A stretch of 64,000 nucleotides of DNA, from contig CAWBVY010000004.1 of NCBI GenBank assembly GCA_963792415.1, positions 576,001-640,000 of the forward strand. The letters are read 5' to 3'. A program made the position numbers and the translations under genes. The stretch comes from Candidatus Deferrimicrobiaceae bacterium (GTDB lineage: Bacteria > Desulfobacterota > Deferrimicrobia > Deferrimicrobiales > Deferrimicrobiaceae). This document shows, piece after piece, positions 27,799 to 36,615 of this stretch. The first letter of the stretch is position 1. Each line of letters begins with the position of its first letter. The notes under the pieces are model-generated. The model did not search any database. It was not told the DNA's origin and saw only the letters and a list, made by a program, of their open reading frames with translations.

Positions 27799-29930
27799 GC
27801 AGACCTGGCCCCGCGCCGTCCCGGCGCACTCTCCTCCTGTGCCTCCACAACCACCAGCCGGTGGGGAACTTCGACTCCGTGATCGGGGACGCGGCGCGCG
27901 ACGCGTACCTGCCGTTCCTCGAGACCCTCGCCGATTTCCCGTCGGTCAAGGTCACGATCCACTTCTCCGGCTTCCTGCTCCGGTGGCTGGCCGAACGGTC
28001 TCCCGGGACGTTTTCGCTCCTGAAGCTCCTGTCCGACCGGGGGCAGGCGGAAATGATGGGCGGGGGGATGTACGAGCCGATCCTCGCGCTGCTGCCGGAA
28101 CGGGACCGCCTGGGACAGATCGAGGCGCTCGCGGCCGAGGTGACGCGGCTCTTCGGGAAGGCGCCGGAGGGGGTCTGGCTCGCCGAGCGCGTGTGGGAGC
28201 CGGACCTGCCCGCCACGCTCGCGGCGGCGGGGGCGAAATACCTTCCACTGGACGATTACCACTTCGTGCGGGCGGGTCTTTCGCCCGGGGAACTGGACGG
28301 TGTCTACCTCACCGAATACAACGGCGCCTCCGTGCGCGTCTTCCCCGGGAGCGAGCGTCTCCGGTACATGATTCCGTTCTGGGACGTGGGGGAAACGCTG
28401 CGGGAGATCGAGCGGCTGACCTCCCGCGCGGTGCCGTACCCGGCGGCGATCTTCGCCGACGACGGCGAGAAATTCGGCGTCTGGCCCGGGACGCACCGCA
28501 GCGTCTACGGGGAAGGGTGGCTTCGCCGCTTTTTCGGGGGGGTCGCGGAGCGCGCGGATTGGCTCACGACGATGACGTTCGGGGAGTACGTTTCCCTGGC
28601 GCCCGCGCGGGGAACGGTCTACCTGCCCACCTGCTCCTACGCCGAGATGGGCGAGTGGGCCCTGCCGCCGCGCGCCGCCGCGCGGTTCGGCGACCTGCTT
28701 CATGACCTCCGCGAGGGCAGGATGGCCGAGATGAAGCCGTTCCTCCAGGGCGGATATTTCCGGAATTTCCTGCGCAAGTACGACGAGTCGAACCAGCTCC
28801 ACAAGCGGATGCTGTGGGTGAGCGATCGCGTCGCGGCGTCGCGGCGGTTGCGGCCGGCCCGCGGGCGCGCGGGATGCGACTTCCTCTACCGGGCACAGAG
28901 CAACGACGTCTACTGGCACGGCGTCTTCGGAGGGCTCTACCTCAACCACCTGCGCGAGGCGGCGTACGCGAACCTCCTCCGTGCCGAGGCGGCGTCCGAC
29001 GCGGTCCTGCACGAAGGGGAGGCACATTGGACCGAGGCGGCGCGCGGGGACATCGACCGGGACGGCGGGGAGGAACTGCTGCTGAAGACGGCGGGGCTGA
29101 CCCTCCTCGCCCACGCCCATGACGGCGGCGCGGTGACGGAGATCTCCCTCCCCCGGCGGGCGGTGGCGCTCGGGCACGTGCTGACGCGGCGGGAGGAGGG
29201 ATACCACGAGAAGTTCCGCCGGGCGGTCGGGTCGTTCGACGGCTCCACGAGCATCCACGACGCCATGGTCTTGAAAGACCCCTCGGTTCTGTCCGCCCTC
29301 GGTGTCGACCCGTGGCAGCGGGCCTCCTTCCGGGAGGCGTATTACGGCGACGGGGATCTCCCCGAGGCGATCCTTGAAGGTGCGGCCGCCCCCCGTGGTT
29401 TCACCGCGGGTCGGGAGGCGTCCGTCACGGTCCTGCGGCGGGGCGGCCGCCTGGCCGCGGAGTTCTCGGTGCCCCTCGGGGAGGAAGGAGTCGATCTCCA
29501 CCTGGTGAAGACACTGGTTCTGCCCGGGAGCGGGGAGCGGTTCGAGGCGCGTTTTCTGCTCGAAAACCGGGGCGCCGGGACGGTGTCCGGGACATTCTGT
29601 TCGGAGTGGAACCTGAACCTGCTGTCGGGGAGCGGGCCGGACCGGTATTACGAGGGGATGGGCGAAGCGCGCGACCTTTCCTCTTCCGGGGTCGCGAAGG
29701 GGGTGCGCGCTTTCCGCGTCGTGGACGCATGGCGGAACGTGGCCGCCGAAGCGGCCCTCGACCGGGAGTGCGTCGTGCTGCGGGAGCCGGTGGAAACGGC
29801 ATCCCTTTCCGAGTCGGGGGCGGAGAAGATCCACCAGGGGGTCTGCCTGCGGATTCTCTTCCCCGTCCGGCTGGAGCCGCGACACCGGGAACGGTGCTCG
29901 ATCCACTGGTCGTTCAAATCCGTTGATTGA
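27795..29930 (+). CDS. GH57 4-alpha-glucanotransferase / alpha-amylase
   Basis: HNHQPVGNF, YEPIL, WLAERVWEP, DDGEKFGVWP, AQSNDVYWHGVFGGLY. Confidence 0.92.
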   Translation: MSRPGPAPSRRTLLLCLHNHQPVGNFDSVIGDAARDAYLPFLETLADFPSVKVTIHFSGFLLRWLAERSPGTFSLLKLLSDRGQAEMMGGGMYEPILALLPERDRLGQIEALAAEVTRLFGKAPEGVWLAERVWEPDLPATLAAAGAKYLPLDDYHFVRAGLSPGELDGVYLTEYNGASVRVFPGSERLRYMIPFWDVGETLREIERLTSRAVPYPAAIFADDGEKFGVWPGTHRSVYGEGWLRRFFGGVAERADWLTTMTFGEYVSLAPARGTVYLPTCSYAEMGEWALPPRAAARFGDLLHDLREGRMAEMKPFLQGGYFRNFLRKYDESNQLHKRMLWVSDRVAASRRLRPARGRAGCDFLYRAQSNDVYWHGVFGGLYLNHLREAAYANLLRAEAASDAVLHEGEAHWTEAARGDIDRDGGEELLLKTAGLTLLAHAHDGGAVTEISLPRRAVALGHVLTRREEGYHEKFRRAVGSFDGSTSIHDAMVLKDPSVLSALGVDPWQRASFREAYYGDGDLPEAILEGAAAPRGFTAGREASVTVLRRGGRLAAEFSVPLGEEGVDLHLVKTLVLPGSGERFEARFLLENRGAGTVSGTFCSEWNLNLLSGSGPDRYYEGMGEARDLSSSGVAKGVRAFRVVDAWRNVAAEAALDRECVVLREPVETASLSESGAEKIHQGVCLRILFPVRLEPRHRERCSIHWSFKSVD

Positions 29931-29951
29931 CAAATCATAAAACGGTATGTT
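29923..29951 (+). promoter_or_regulatory. Putative promoter/operator upstream of the fadL-like gene
   Basis: TTGATT-N17-TATGTT with an overlapping palindrome TGATT-gaca-AATCA (29924-29937) in an AT-rich patch. Confidence 0.35.
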
Positions 29952-30003
29952 GTGTCCAAACGTAGTTCACTGGGGGCGGGCCACACCCGCAAGGAGGGGG
30001 CGA

Positions 30004-31300
30004 ATGAGGGGATGGAGGATGGTAGCGGTGGTTCTGGTCCTGCTGTTCACGGCGTCGACGTCGTTCGCTGGCGGGTTCCGGCTCCCGGAGCAAGGCGCCA
30101 AGGCGATGGGAATGGGGTTCGCGTTCACGGCGCAGGCGGACGATCCGTCCGCGATCTACTTCAACCCCGCGGGGCTCACGCAGCTCAAGGGGAACAACGT
30201 CATGGTCGGCGCGTCGTACGTGCGGTTGAACGGCGGGGAGTTCACCGGGACGACTCCGGTGGACGACTTCACCACCGGATTCACCACCGTAAAAAATGAG
30301 ACCCAGAAGACCCTACACTTATTCATCCCCAACGCGTATTACACGAAGACCACCTCTGACGGGTATTTCGCCTACGGCGTCGGGGTCTTTGCCCCGTTCG
30401 GCCTGGGGCAGGAGTACGAAAACAACCACTCGAGCATCTTCCGGAACCAGGTCACGAAGATCGACCTTCAGACGGTCGTCGTAAACCCGACGATCGCGTT
30501 CAAGGTGAACGAGGTCCTGTCCATCGGCCTCGGGATCGACTGGATGTACGGGAAGGCGAACCTGAGGAAGACTCCCTGGAATCCCGCACTCATCCCCGCC
30601 GGTCAGAACGGGAACGTCTTCGATCTCGAGCTGGATGGAGACGGGGACGCGTGGGGGTACAACTTCGGGGTCCTCCTGAAGCCCACGGAAAACTTCCGGA
30701 TCGGCGCCAACTACCGCAGCCCGTTCACCCTCAAGATCAAGGAAGGGGACGTGACCGTCTCCAACGTCAGCGCGGGAGCCCCCGCGTATGCCGCGGCGAA
30801 CGGAACGAAAGGGGACACGACCATCGGGATGCCCGCCACCTTCGCCCTCGGGGCTTCGTATACGATGGGCAAGCTGACGGTGAACGCCGACGCGGACTGG
30901 ACCTTCTGGTCCTCCTACAGCAGTCTGCCGATCAATTTCGACGAGCCCGTTTCTGCCGGACACCAATGCGGCCAAGAACTGGAAGGATGTCATCGCGTTC
31001 CGCCTCGGGACGGAGTACCGGGTGACCGCCCCGCTTTCCTTGCGGGCGGGCTTCGTCTACGACCCGAGCCCGGCCCCCGCATCCACGATGGGGCCGGAGC
31101 TTCCGGACGCGGACAAGTTGGACTACATGGTCGGCGTGGGGTACAAGATCGGTGCGTGGACGATCGACGTCGCCGGCATGTACGTCGACAAGAAGGACCG
31201 CACCGTCAACAACCAGAACAACGCGGCATTGACCGGGTTCAACGGGACCTGGACCGGAGACTCCTGGCTGGCGGGGCTGGATATCGCGTACAATTTCTAG
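30004..31300 (+). pseudogene. OmpP1/FadL outer-membrane transporter with one frameshift near 30950
   Basis: Signal peptide, GMGFAFTAQADDPSAIYFNPAG; homology continues in another frame as LPDTNAAKNWKDVIAFRLGTEY...ELPDAD...AYNF (terminal Phe). May be a sequencing error. Confidence 0.8.
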
Positions 31301-31347
31301 GCGGACGCGCGGCGGGGAGGGGCCGGGAGGTCCCTCCCCGCATGCGG

Positions 31348-31827
31348 TCAGAGCGCGGCGAGTTCCTTCTCGATCAGCTGGACGTGGTTCCGCTCGAACC
31401 CCACGAGGAAGTCGAACACCTTCTTCAGCTCCGGGTCCTTCATCTTCGCCGACGCATCGCTGAAGAGGGTGAACGCCTCCTTCTCCAGCCCCAGCGCCAT
31501 CTCCAGGACCTCGCGCTTCGTCGCGACCCCCCGGATCCGGGAGAGCAGCTCCTTGTGCGTCTCCTGCACGAGCTCGTCGATGTCCGGCAGCCCCTCCTTG
31601 CTCAGGATGTCCTTGTAGGGCGCCCACATCTCGGACCGGACGTTCCGGTCGTAGAGGTCTTCGAGCGACAGGAAGTGCCCCTTCTCGTCGTTGGCCAGCT
31701 TGTGGAGCGTGTCCTGGAGCCCCTTCTCCTTCACGATGGCCCCGGCGTGCTTGTAGAAAACGTACGCCGCGATCTCGGCGCTGATGCCAAGGTTGATGAA
31801 TTTCAGCGCGTCTTCGGTAAATTGCAT
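31348..31827 (-). CDS. Ferritin-like / rubrerythrin family protein
   Basis: AEIAAY, DEKGH, LEKEA, FERNH di-iron motifs. Confidence 0.85.
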   Translation of the reverse strand: MQFTEDALKFINLGISAEIAAYVFYKHAGAIVKEKGLQDTLHKLANDEKGHFLSLEDLYDRNVRSEMWAPYKDILSKEGLPDIDELVQETHKELLSRIRGVATKREVLEMALGLEKEAFTLFSDASAKMKDPELKKVFDFLVGFERNHVQLIEKELAAL

Positions 31828-31879
31828 TTTGTGCGTCCTCCGCTGTTGATGGATACCCTTTTCTACCACAAATCCGCTT

Positions 31880-31899
31880 CGGTCGGCCACCGGCCGACC
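31880..31899 (-). promoter_or_regulatory. Putative SECIS element for the C-terminal UGA
   Basis: GGTCGGCC-GGT-GGCCGACC hairpin starting about 11 nt after the UGA at 31911-31913. Confidence 0.6.
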
Positions 31900-31901
31900 C
31901 G

Positions 31902-32126
31902 TCAGACCCCTCAGCTTCCGCCGTAGCCGACGGTCGCCTTCCCCCCCTCCAGCACGACCGGCACGTCCCGGCGGCCGCCGACGAGCCGCAGCATCTCGGA
32001 CATCGCGGCGGGATCCTTCAGGACGTTCCGGTACTCCACGGCGGCCCCGGCCTTCTCGTAGTCCCTACGAGCGTTGGTGGTGTACGGTCAGGTGTCCTTC
32101 CCGAAGATGACGACGATGCGCGACAT
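31902..32126 (-). CDS. Glutaredoxin-like UXX-star selenoprotein with two selenocysteines (absent from ORF track)
   Basis: MSRIVVIFGKDT-U-PYTTNARRDYEK...RDVPVVLEGGKATVGYGGS-U-GV-stop; in-frame TGA at 32088-32090 and 31911-31913; RBS AAGGAGG; a hairpin follows each UGA. Confidence 0.85.
32055..32071 (-). promoter_or_regulatory. Putative SECIS element for the N-terminal UGA
   Basis: CTCGTAG-GGA-CTACGAG perfect hairpin starting 16 nt after the UGA. Confidence 0.6.
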
Positions 32127-32174
32127 GTTCTCCCTCCTTCGAGTGATGATTGCTTGGCGATTCCCCTTCGGTTA

Positions 32175-32271
32175 TGCCCCCCGTTCTTCCTACTGCGGGG
32201 GTACCCCAGGGAGCGCATTTCGTACGGGAGTGGGGCGCTTTACCTCACTGCGCCCCCCCTCCTACGGCGAC
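32175..32271. repeat. REP/BIME-like composite element, copy B
   Basis: Left part matches 46365-46398 (direct) and 46422-46467 (inverted); right part matches 4221-4256; hairpin GGGGCGC-N11-GCGCCCC. Confidence 0.75.
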
Positions 32272-33351
32272 GCCGCCCATGGCCCGTAATCGTTGGATGC
32301 GCGCTTCCGTCGGGGGATGCGTCGACATCAGGGCGGTGGATCGCGGGCCGAACACCCGCAGCGGGTTGACGATGAACAGGTGCTGCGTCCCGCGGTTCTC
32401 CCCGGGGACTTCCGGCCCGCCGGAGGCGATCTTCGCGAGGGCGGAGGCCAGGCCGAGCGGGTTGCGGGTGAAGCCTGCCGCCGCGGCGTCGGCGTGGTAC
32501 TCCCGCTGGCGGGAGATGCTCATCTGCAGGATCTTCGCCGCCAGCGGCGCCAGGACCGCCAGCAGCAGCGCGAGGACGAAGAAGGCGGCGTTTCCCCGGC
32601 CGCCACCCCCGCGCCCCCCTCCCCCGGTGCGCCCCCGGCGCCCCCAGAAGGCGCCCCGGAGGAACATGTCGGACAGCAGGGCGACGGCCCCGACGAGGAC
32701 GGCCGCGCAGACGTTGTACAGCGTGTCCCGGCTCTTGATGTGCGCGAGCTCGTGCGCGATCACCCCCTGGAGCTCCTCCCGGTTCAGCCGGTCGACGAGT
32801 CCGGCCGTGACGGCGACGCACGCCTCTTCCGGGCGCCGCCCGGCGGCGAAGGCGTTCATCCCCGCGGCGGGGATCACGTACACCTTCGGGGGGGGCACGC
32901 CGGCCGCGATCGCCATCTCCTCGACGACGTTGCGCAGCTGCCGATGCTCCTCCCCGACCGCTTCGCGCGCTCCGTGGATCGACAGCACGATCGAGGAGCC
33001 GCTGAAGTACGCCGTCGTGCCGAGGATCGCGTACAGCACGAAGGAGAGGCCGAGCCCCGTCCCCGGGTCCCCGTAGGCGCCTCCGATCGCGGTCCCGAGG
33101 AGGAAGAAGGCGGCGAAGAGGAGGGCGAAGAGGAGGGCGGACATCCGGACGTTGTGCCGCGCCGCCTCGGTGAAGAGCAGCATCGGGATCGGCCGCAAGG
33201 GAGGACGGGCGGCGGCGGGCGCGGCGTTGCCGACGAAGGCGTTCGCGCCGGGGCCCGCACCGAGCGGATCCCCGCAGAGGTAGCAGAGGTCGGCCCCGGG
33301 ACGGTTGATCCCGCCGCACTTCGGACATGCCGGGGCGATGCCGCCGATCAC
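32245..33351 (-). CDS. HtpX-like M48 zinc metalloprotease with N-terminal zinc ribbon
   Basis: CPKCG...CYLCG; NAFAAG, HELAH, SRQREYHAD, STHPP; downstream of lemA. Confidence 0.9.
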   Translation of the reverse strand: MIGGIAPACPKCGGINRPGADLCYLCGDPLGAGPGANAFVGNAAPAAARPPLRPIPMLLFTEAARHNVRMSALLFALLFAAFFLLGTAIGGAYGDPGTGLGLSFVLYAILGTTAYFSGSSIVLSIHGAREAVGEEHRQLRNVVEEMAIAAGVPPPKVYVIPAAGMNAFAAGRRPEEACVAVTAGLVDRLNREELQGVIAHELAHIKSRDTLYNVCAAVLVGAVALLSDMFLRGAFWGRRGRTGGGGRGGGGRGNAAFFVLALLLAVLAPLAAKILQMSISRQREYHADAAAAGFTRNPLGLASALAKIASGGPEVPGENRGTQHLFIVNPLRVFGPRSTALMSTHPPTEARIQRLRAMGGVAVGGGAQ

Positions 33352-33366
33352 GCAGCGCTCCTGAAA

Positions 33367-33915
33367 CTACCGCAGGCTCGCCTTCGGCACCGCCCGGCTT
33401 TCGGGTTCCGTTTCGAAGTACGCCTCCTGGGCGAAGCTGAAGAAGGAGGCGATGAAGTTCGTCGGGATCGACTGGATCGCGTTGTTGTACGTCATCACCG
33501 AGTCGTTGTAGAACTGCCGGGCGAAGGAGATCTTGTTCTCCGTCCCGGTCAGCTCCTCCTGCAGGGAGGCGACGTTCTGGTTCGCCTTGAGCTCCGGGTA
33601 CCTCTCGACGACGGCGAAGAGGCTCTTCAGCGTCTCGGTCAGGACCCCTTCCGCCTTCGCCTGGGCCGCGGGCCCTTTCGCCGACAGGGCGGCGCCGCGG
33701 GCCTCGATGACCCTGGTGAGCGTCTCCTGCTCGTACGCCATGTAATCCTTCACGACCTCCACCAGGTTCGGGATGAGGTCGTACCGGCGCTTCAGCTGCA
33801 CGTCGATCTGGTGCCAGGCGTTCCTGATCTGGTTGCGAAAGCGGACGAGCTTGTTGTAGGCGGCCACGAACCAGGCGACGATGACCACCAACAGGACCAG
33901 CGGAATATACGCCAT
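33367..33915 (-). CDS. lemA: LemA family protein
   Basis: IDVQLKRRYDLIPNLV, YPELKAN, TENKISFARQFYN. Confidence 0.95.
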   Translation of the reverse strand: MAYIPLVLLVVIVAWFVAAYNKLVRFRNQIRNAWHQIDVQLKRRYDLIPNLVEVVKDYMAYEQETLTRVIEARGAALSAKGPAAQAKAEGVLTETLKSLFAVVERYPELKANQNVASLQEELTGTENKISFARQFYNDSVMTYNNAIQSIPTNFIASFFSFAQEAYFETEPESRAVPKASLR

Positions 33916-33992
33916 CGACGTCCCTCCGGCGGGGGGAATGGGGCGATTCACCTTGCGAATCGCTATTTTCCGAATAGTTTATCCGATGTATT

Positions 33993-36614
33993 ATGGTTTT
34001 CAACCAAATAAGGGTTTCGCTGTACCAATATTCCGAAGGGGAACGGCGTATCAGCACACCGCACGGAAAAGACCCGAAACGCCCGACCGGCGGCCACGAG
34101 GGGAAATCCCGCGTCGTCCGGCGGGGGCCCGGAGAGGTAAAGCTCCCGCCCCGTCCCGGGGATGCCCGGAGGGGATCCCCCGGGGGACGGCCTCGTCCCC
34201 GTCCCGCGCCGCCGGACAAGCCGGGAAAGAGGGGTCCCGCGGCGGAACCGGGGAAAGCGGCGCGCCGGCCGCAGGGCGGCCCGCGGAGTCCGCTCCCCCG
34301 CGCCCCGCGCCCCGCGTTTCCGGAGCTCCTCGCGCCCGCCGGGTCCGCGGAGGCGTACTACGCCGCCGTCGACGCGGGGGCCGACGCCGTCTACCTGGGC
34401 CTCGGGAAGTTCAACGCGCGCGAGCGGGCGGAAAACTTCAACCTCGAGGATCTTTGCCGCATACGGCCCCACGCCCGCTCCCGCGGCGTCCGACTGTACG
34501 TGGCGATGAACACCCTCCTCACGGAGGCGGACCTCCCTGAAGCGATCGGCCTGCTCCACCAGGTGGCGCCGCTTCAGCCCGACGCGATCATCGCGGCGGA
34601 TCTCGGGCTGGTGCGGATCCTCCACGAATTCTTCCCGGGGATTCCCGTGCACATGAGCACGCAGGCCGGCTGCGCCTCCGCCGAGGCGGCGGAGGAGTTC
34701 GCCCGGATGGGGGTGTCCCGGGTCATCCTCGAGCGCCACCTGCGCAAGGAAGAGATCGCGCGGATCGCCGAGCGTTCTCCCGCCGCCGTGGAGATCTTCG
34801 TCCACGGGTCCCTCTGCTACTCGTACTCCGGGAAATGCCTCTTCTCCTCGTACCTCGGCGGCAAGAGCGGGAACCGCGGGGTCTGCGTCCAGCCGTGCCG
34901 TCGCCTGTACGGACACGGAGGGGAGGCGGAGGCGATCTTCTCCACCCGCGACCTGTCCCTTCTCCCGCACCTGCCGGACCTCGTTCCCCTCGGGATCGCC
35001 TCGCTGAAGATCGAGGGGCGGATGCGGGGGGCGGAGTACGTCGCCGGCGTCGTCTCGGCGTACCGGGCGGCCCTCGACGGGATCCGCGCGGGCACCCCGG
35101 CGGAGGGGGTGGCCGAGGGGACCCGGATCCTCTCGCAGGTGATCGGACGGGAGACGACCCCCGGGCTCCCCGGCGGCGCGCGTCCCGGGGAGGTCGCGAC
35201 GGGAGGCGAATCGGGGAACATCGGGGAACGGATCGGGATGGTGACGCGTGTCGAGGACGGCTGGGCGTTCGTTCCGGGCGCGGCCGGGATAGCCCCCGGG
35301 GACCGGTTGCGCGCCCAGTTCCGGGAGGACGGATCGGGGCGGGGCTTCTCCGCGATCGATCCGCGGGGCGAGGGGGGCGGGATCCGGGTCAAGGTGCCGT
35401 TTCCCGTTTCGCCCGGCGACCTGCTGTTCCGGGTGGGGGCCGCGGGGCGGACGGAGTTCGCCCGGCTCGCGCGCAAGGAGATGGAGGCGATCCCCCCGGA
35501 CGGCGCCCGCTTCCTGGTTTCCGTCTCTCCCGGGACGGTGACGGTCAGGGCGTCGTACGGAAACGTGGAGAAGGCGTTCGTGTACCGGATCTCGGGTCCG
35601 CCGGGCGGCCCGGCCGGGACGGTGCCTCCCGACGGGGAACGCCAGCTGGCCGACGCGTACCGGGGCGACCTTCCCCTGGCGGGTGTCCGCGTGGAGATCC
35701 ACGGGGGTCCGGGCGTGTGGGGGGATGTGCGGACCCTCTTCCTCCAGGCGGCCCGGCAGTTCGACAGGGAGTTCTACCTCGAAGGGAAACGGCTGCGGGT
35801 GGAGATCCTCCCGACGCTGCGGGTTTCCGGGAGCCGCCCGGAGGAGGCGCCCGGCACGGTGATCTTCGCGGGGTGCCGCCCGGAGCAGCTTCCTCACCTC
35901 CCGAAGACCCCGGAGGTTATCCCCGTGGTCGAGTTCACCCGCTCCCTCGCCCGCGATCCGTCTCCCGCGGCGCGGTACGCCCGGTCCGGCGGATTCCTGC
36001 GGCTTCCCTCCCCGATGCTGGAATCGGACGCCGCGTTCCTTCGCCGAACCGTGACCGACGCGATCCGAAAGGGGTACACCCGATGGGTCGTGTCGGACGC
36101 CGGACACTTCCGCCTCTTCGCCCCCGCTCCCCTGCGGCGCCAGGTGACGCTGGTCAGCGACCATTACCTTTACGCCTTCAACATGGGCGCCCTCGCGGCC
36201 CTTTCGCGGATGGGGGCGACGCGGATGATCCTTCCCGTGGAGGCGACCGTCCCGGCGCTGCGGGACGTCGGGAAATTCCTCTACGGGCTGGGGATCGCCG
36301 TCGCGTACGGCCCGGTTCCGCTCATGATCTCCCGTCTCCTCCCGGCGGGCGGGGTGCGCGGCGGGGAGGTCGAGAGCCCCCGCGCCGAGCGGTTCCGGGT
36401 GACGGCGGACGAGCACGGTTCGGCCGTGCTGCCCGCGGAGCCGTTCTCCGCGTCCGGATCGCTCCACGTGCTGCGGGAGGCCGGGATCCGGGATTTCTTC
36501 GCCGACCTCCGGGGGCTCGGCCCGTCGGAGATCGCGGAAGTCCTGTCGGCGCTCTCCGCCGACCGCGAGATCCCCGGGACGACGACCTTCAACATCCTCC
36601 GGCGGAACTTCTGA
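33993..36614 (+). CDS. Peptidase U32 family protein (Fe-S RNA hydroxylation family, RlhA/TrhP-like); start uncertain
   Basis: ELLAPAGS, GADAVYLG, HMSTQ, EIFVHGSLCYSYSGKC, NRGVCVQPCRR, LKIEGRM; the Arg/Pro-rich N-terminus is probably partly non-coding. Confidence 0.85.
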   Translation: MVFNQIRVSLYQYSEGERRISTPHGKDPKRPTGGHEGKSRVVRRGPGEVKLPPRPGDARRGSPGGRPRPRPAPPDKPGKRGPAAEPGKAARRPQGGPRSPLPRAPRPAFPELLAPAGSAEAYYAAVDAGADAVYLGLGKFNARERAENFNLEDLCRIRPHARSRGVRLYVAMNTLLTEADLPEAIGLLHQVAPLQPDAIIAADLGLVRILHEFFPGIPVHMSTQAGCASAEAAEEFARMGVSRVILERHLRKEEIARIAERSPAAVEIFVHGSLCYSYSGKCLFSSYLGGKSGNRGVCVQPCRRLYGHGGEAEAIFSTRDLSLLPHLPDLVPLGIASLKIEGRMRGAEYVAGVVSAYRAALDGIRAGTPAEGVAEGTRILSQVIGRETTPGLPGGARPGEVATGGESGNIGERIGMVTRVEDGWAFVPGAAGIAPGDRLRAQFREDGSGRGFSAIDPRGEGGGIRVKVPFPVSPGDLLFRVGAAGRTEFARLARKEMEAIPPDGARFLVSVSPGTVTVRASYGNVEKAFVYRISGPPGGPAGTVPPDGERQLADAYRGDLPLAGVRVEIHGGPGVWGDVRTLFLQAARQFDREFYLEGKRLRVEILPTLRVSGSRPEEAPGTVIFAGCRPEQLPHLPKTPEVIPVVEFTRSLARDPSPAARYARSGGFLRLPSPMLESDAAFLRRTVTDAIRKGYTRWVVSDAGHFRLFAPAPLRRQVTLVSDHYLYAFNMGALAALSRMGATRMILPVEATVPALRDVGKFLYGLGIAVAYGPVPLMISRLLPAGGVRGGEVESPRAERFRVTADEHGSAVLPAEPFSASGSLHVLREAGIRDFFADLRGLGPSEIAEVLSALSADREIPGTTTFNILRRNF

Positions 36615-36615
36615 C

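Noticed and set aside
29947-31926. 659-aa ORF as a FadL fusion protein
   Set aside because: The C-terminal half is out-of-frame read-through after the frameshift and runs antisense to the ferritin-like gene.
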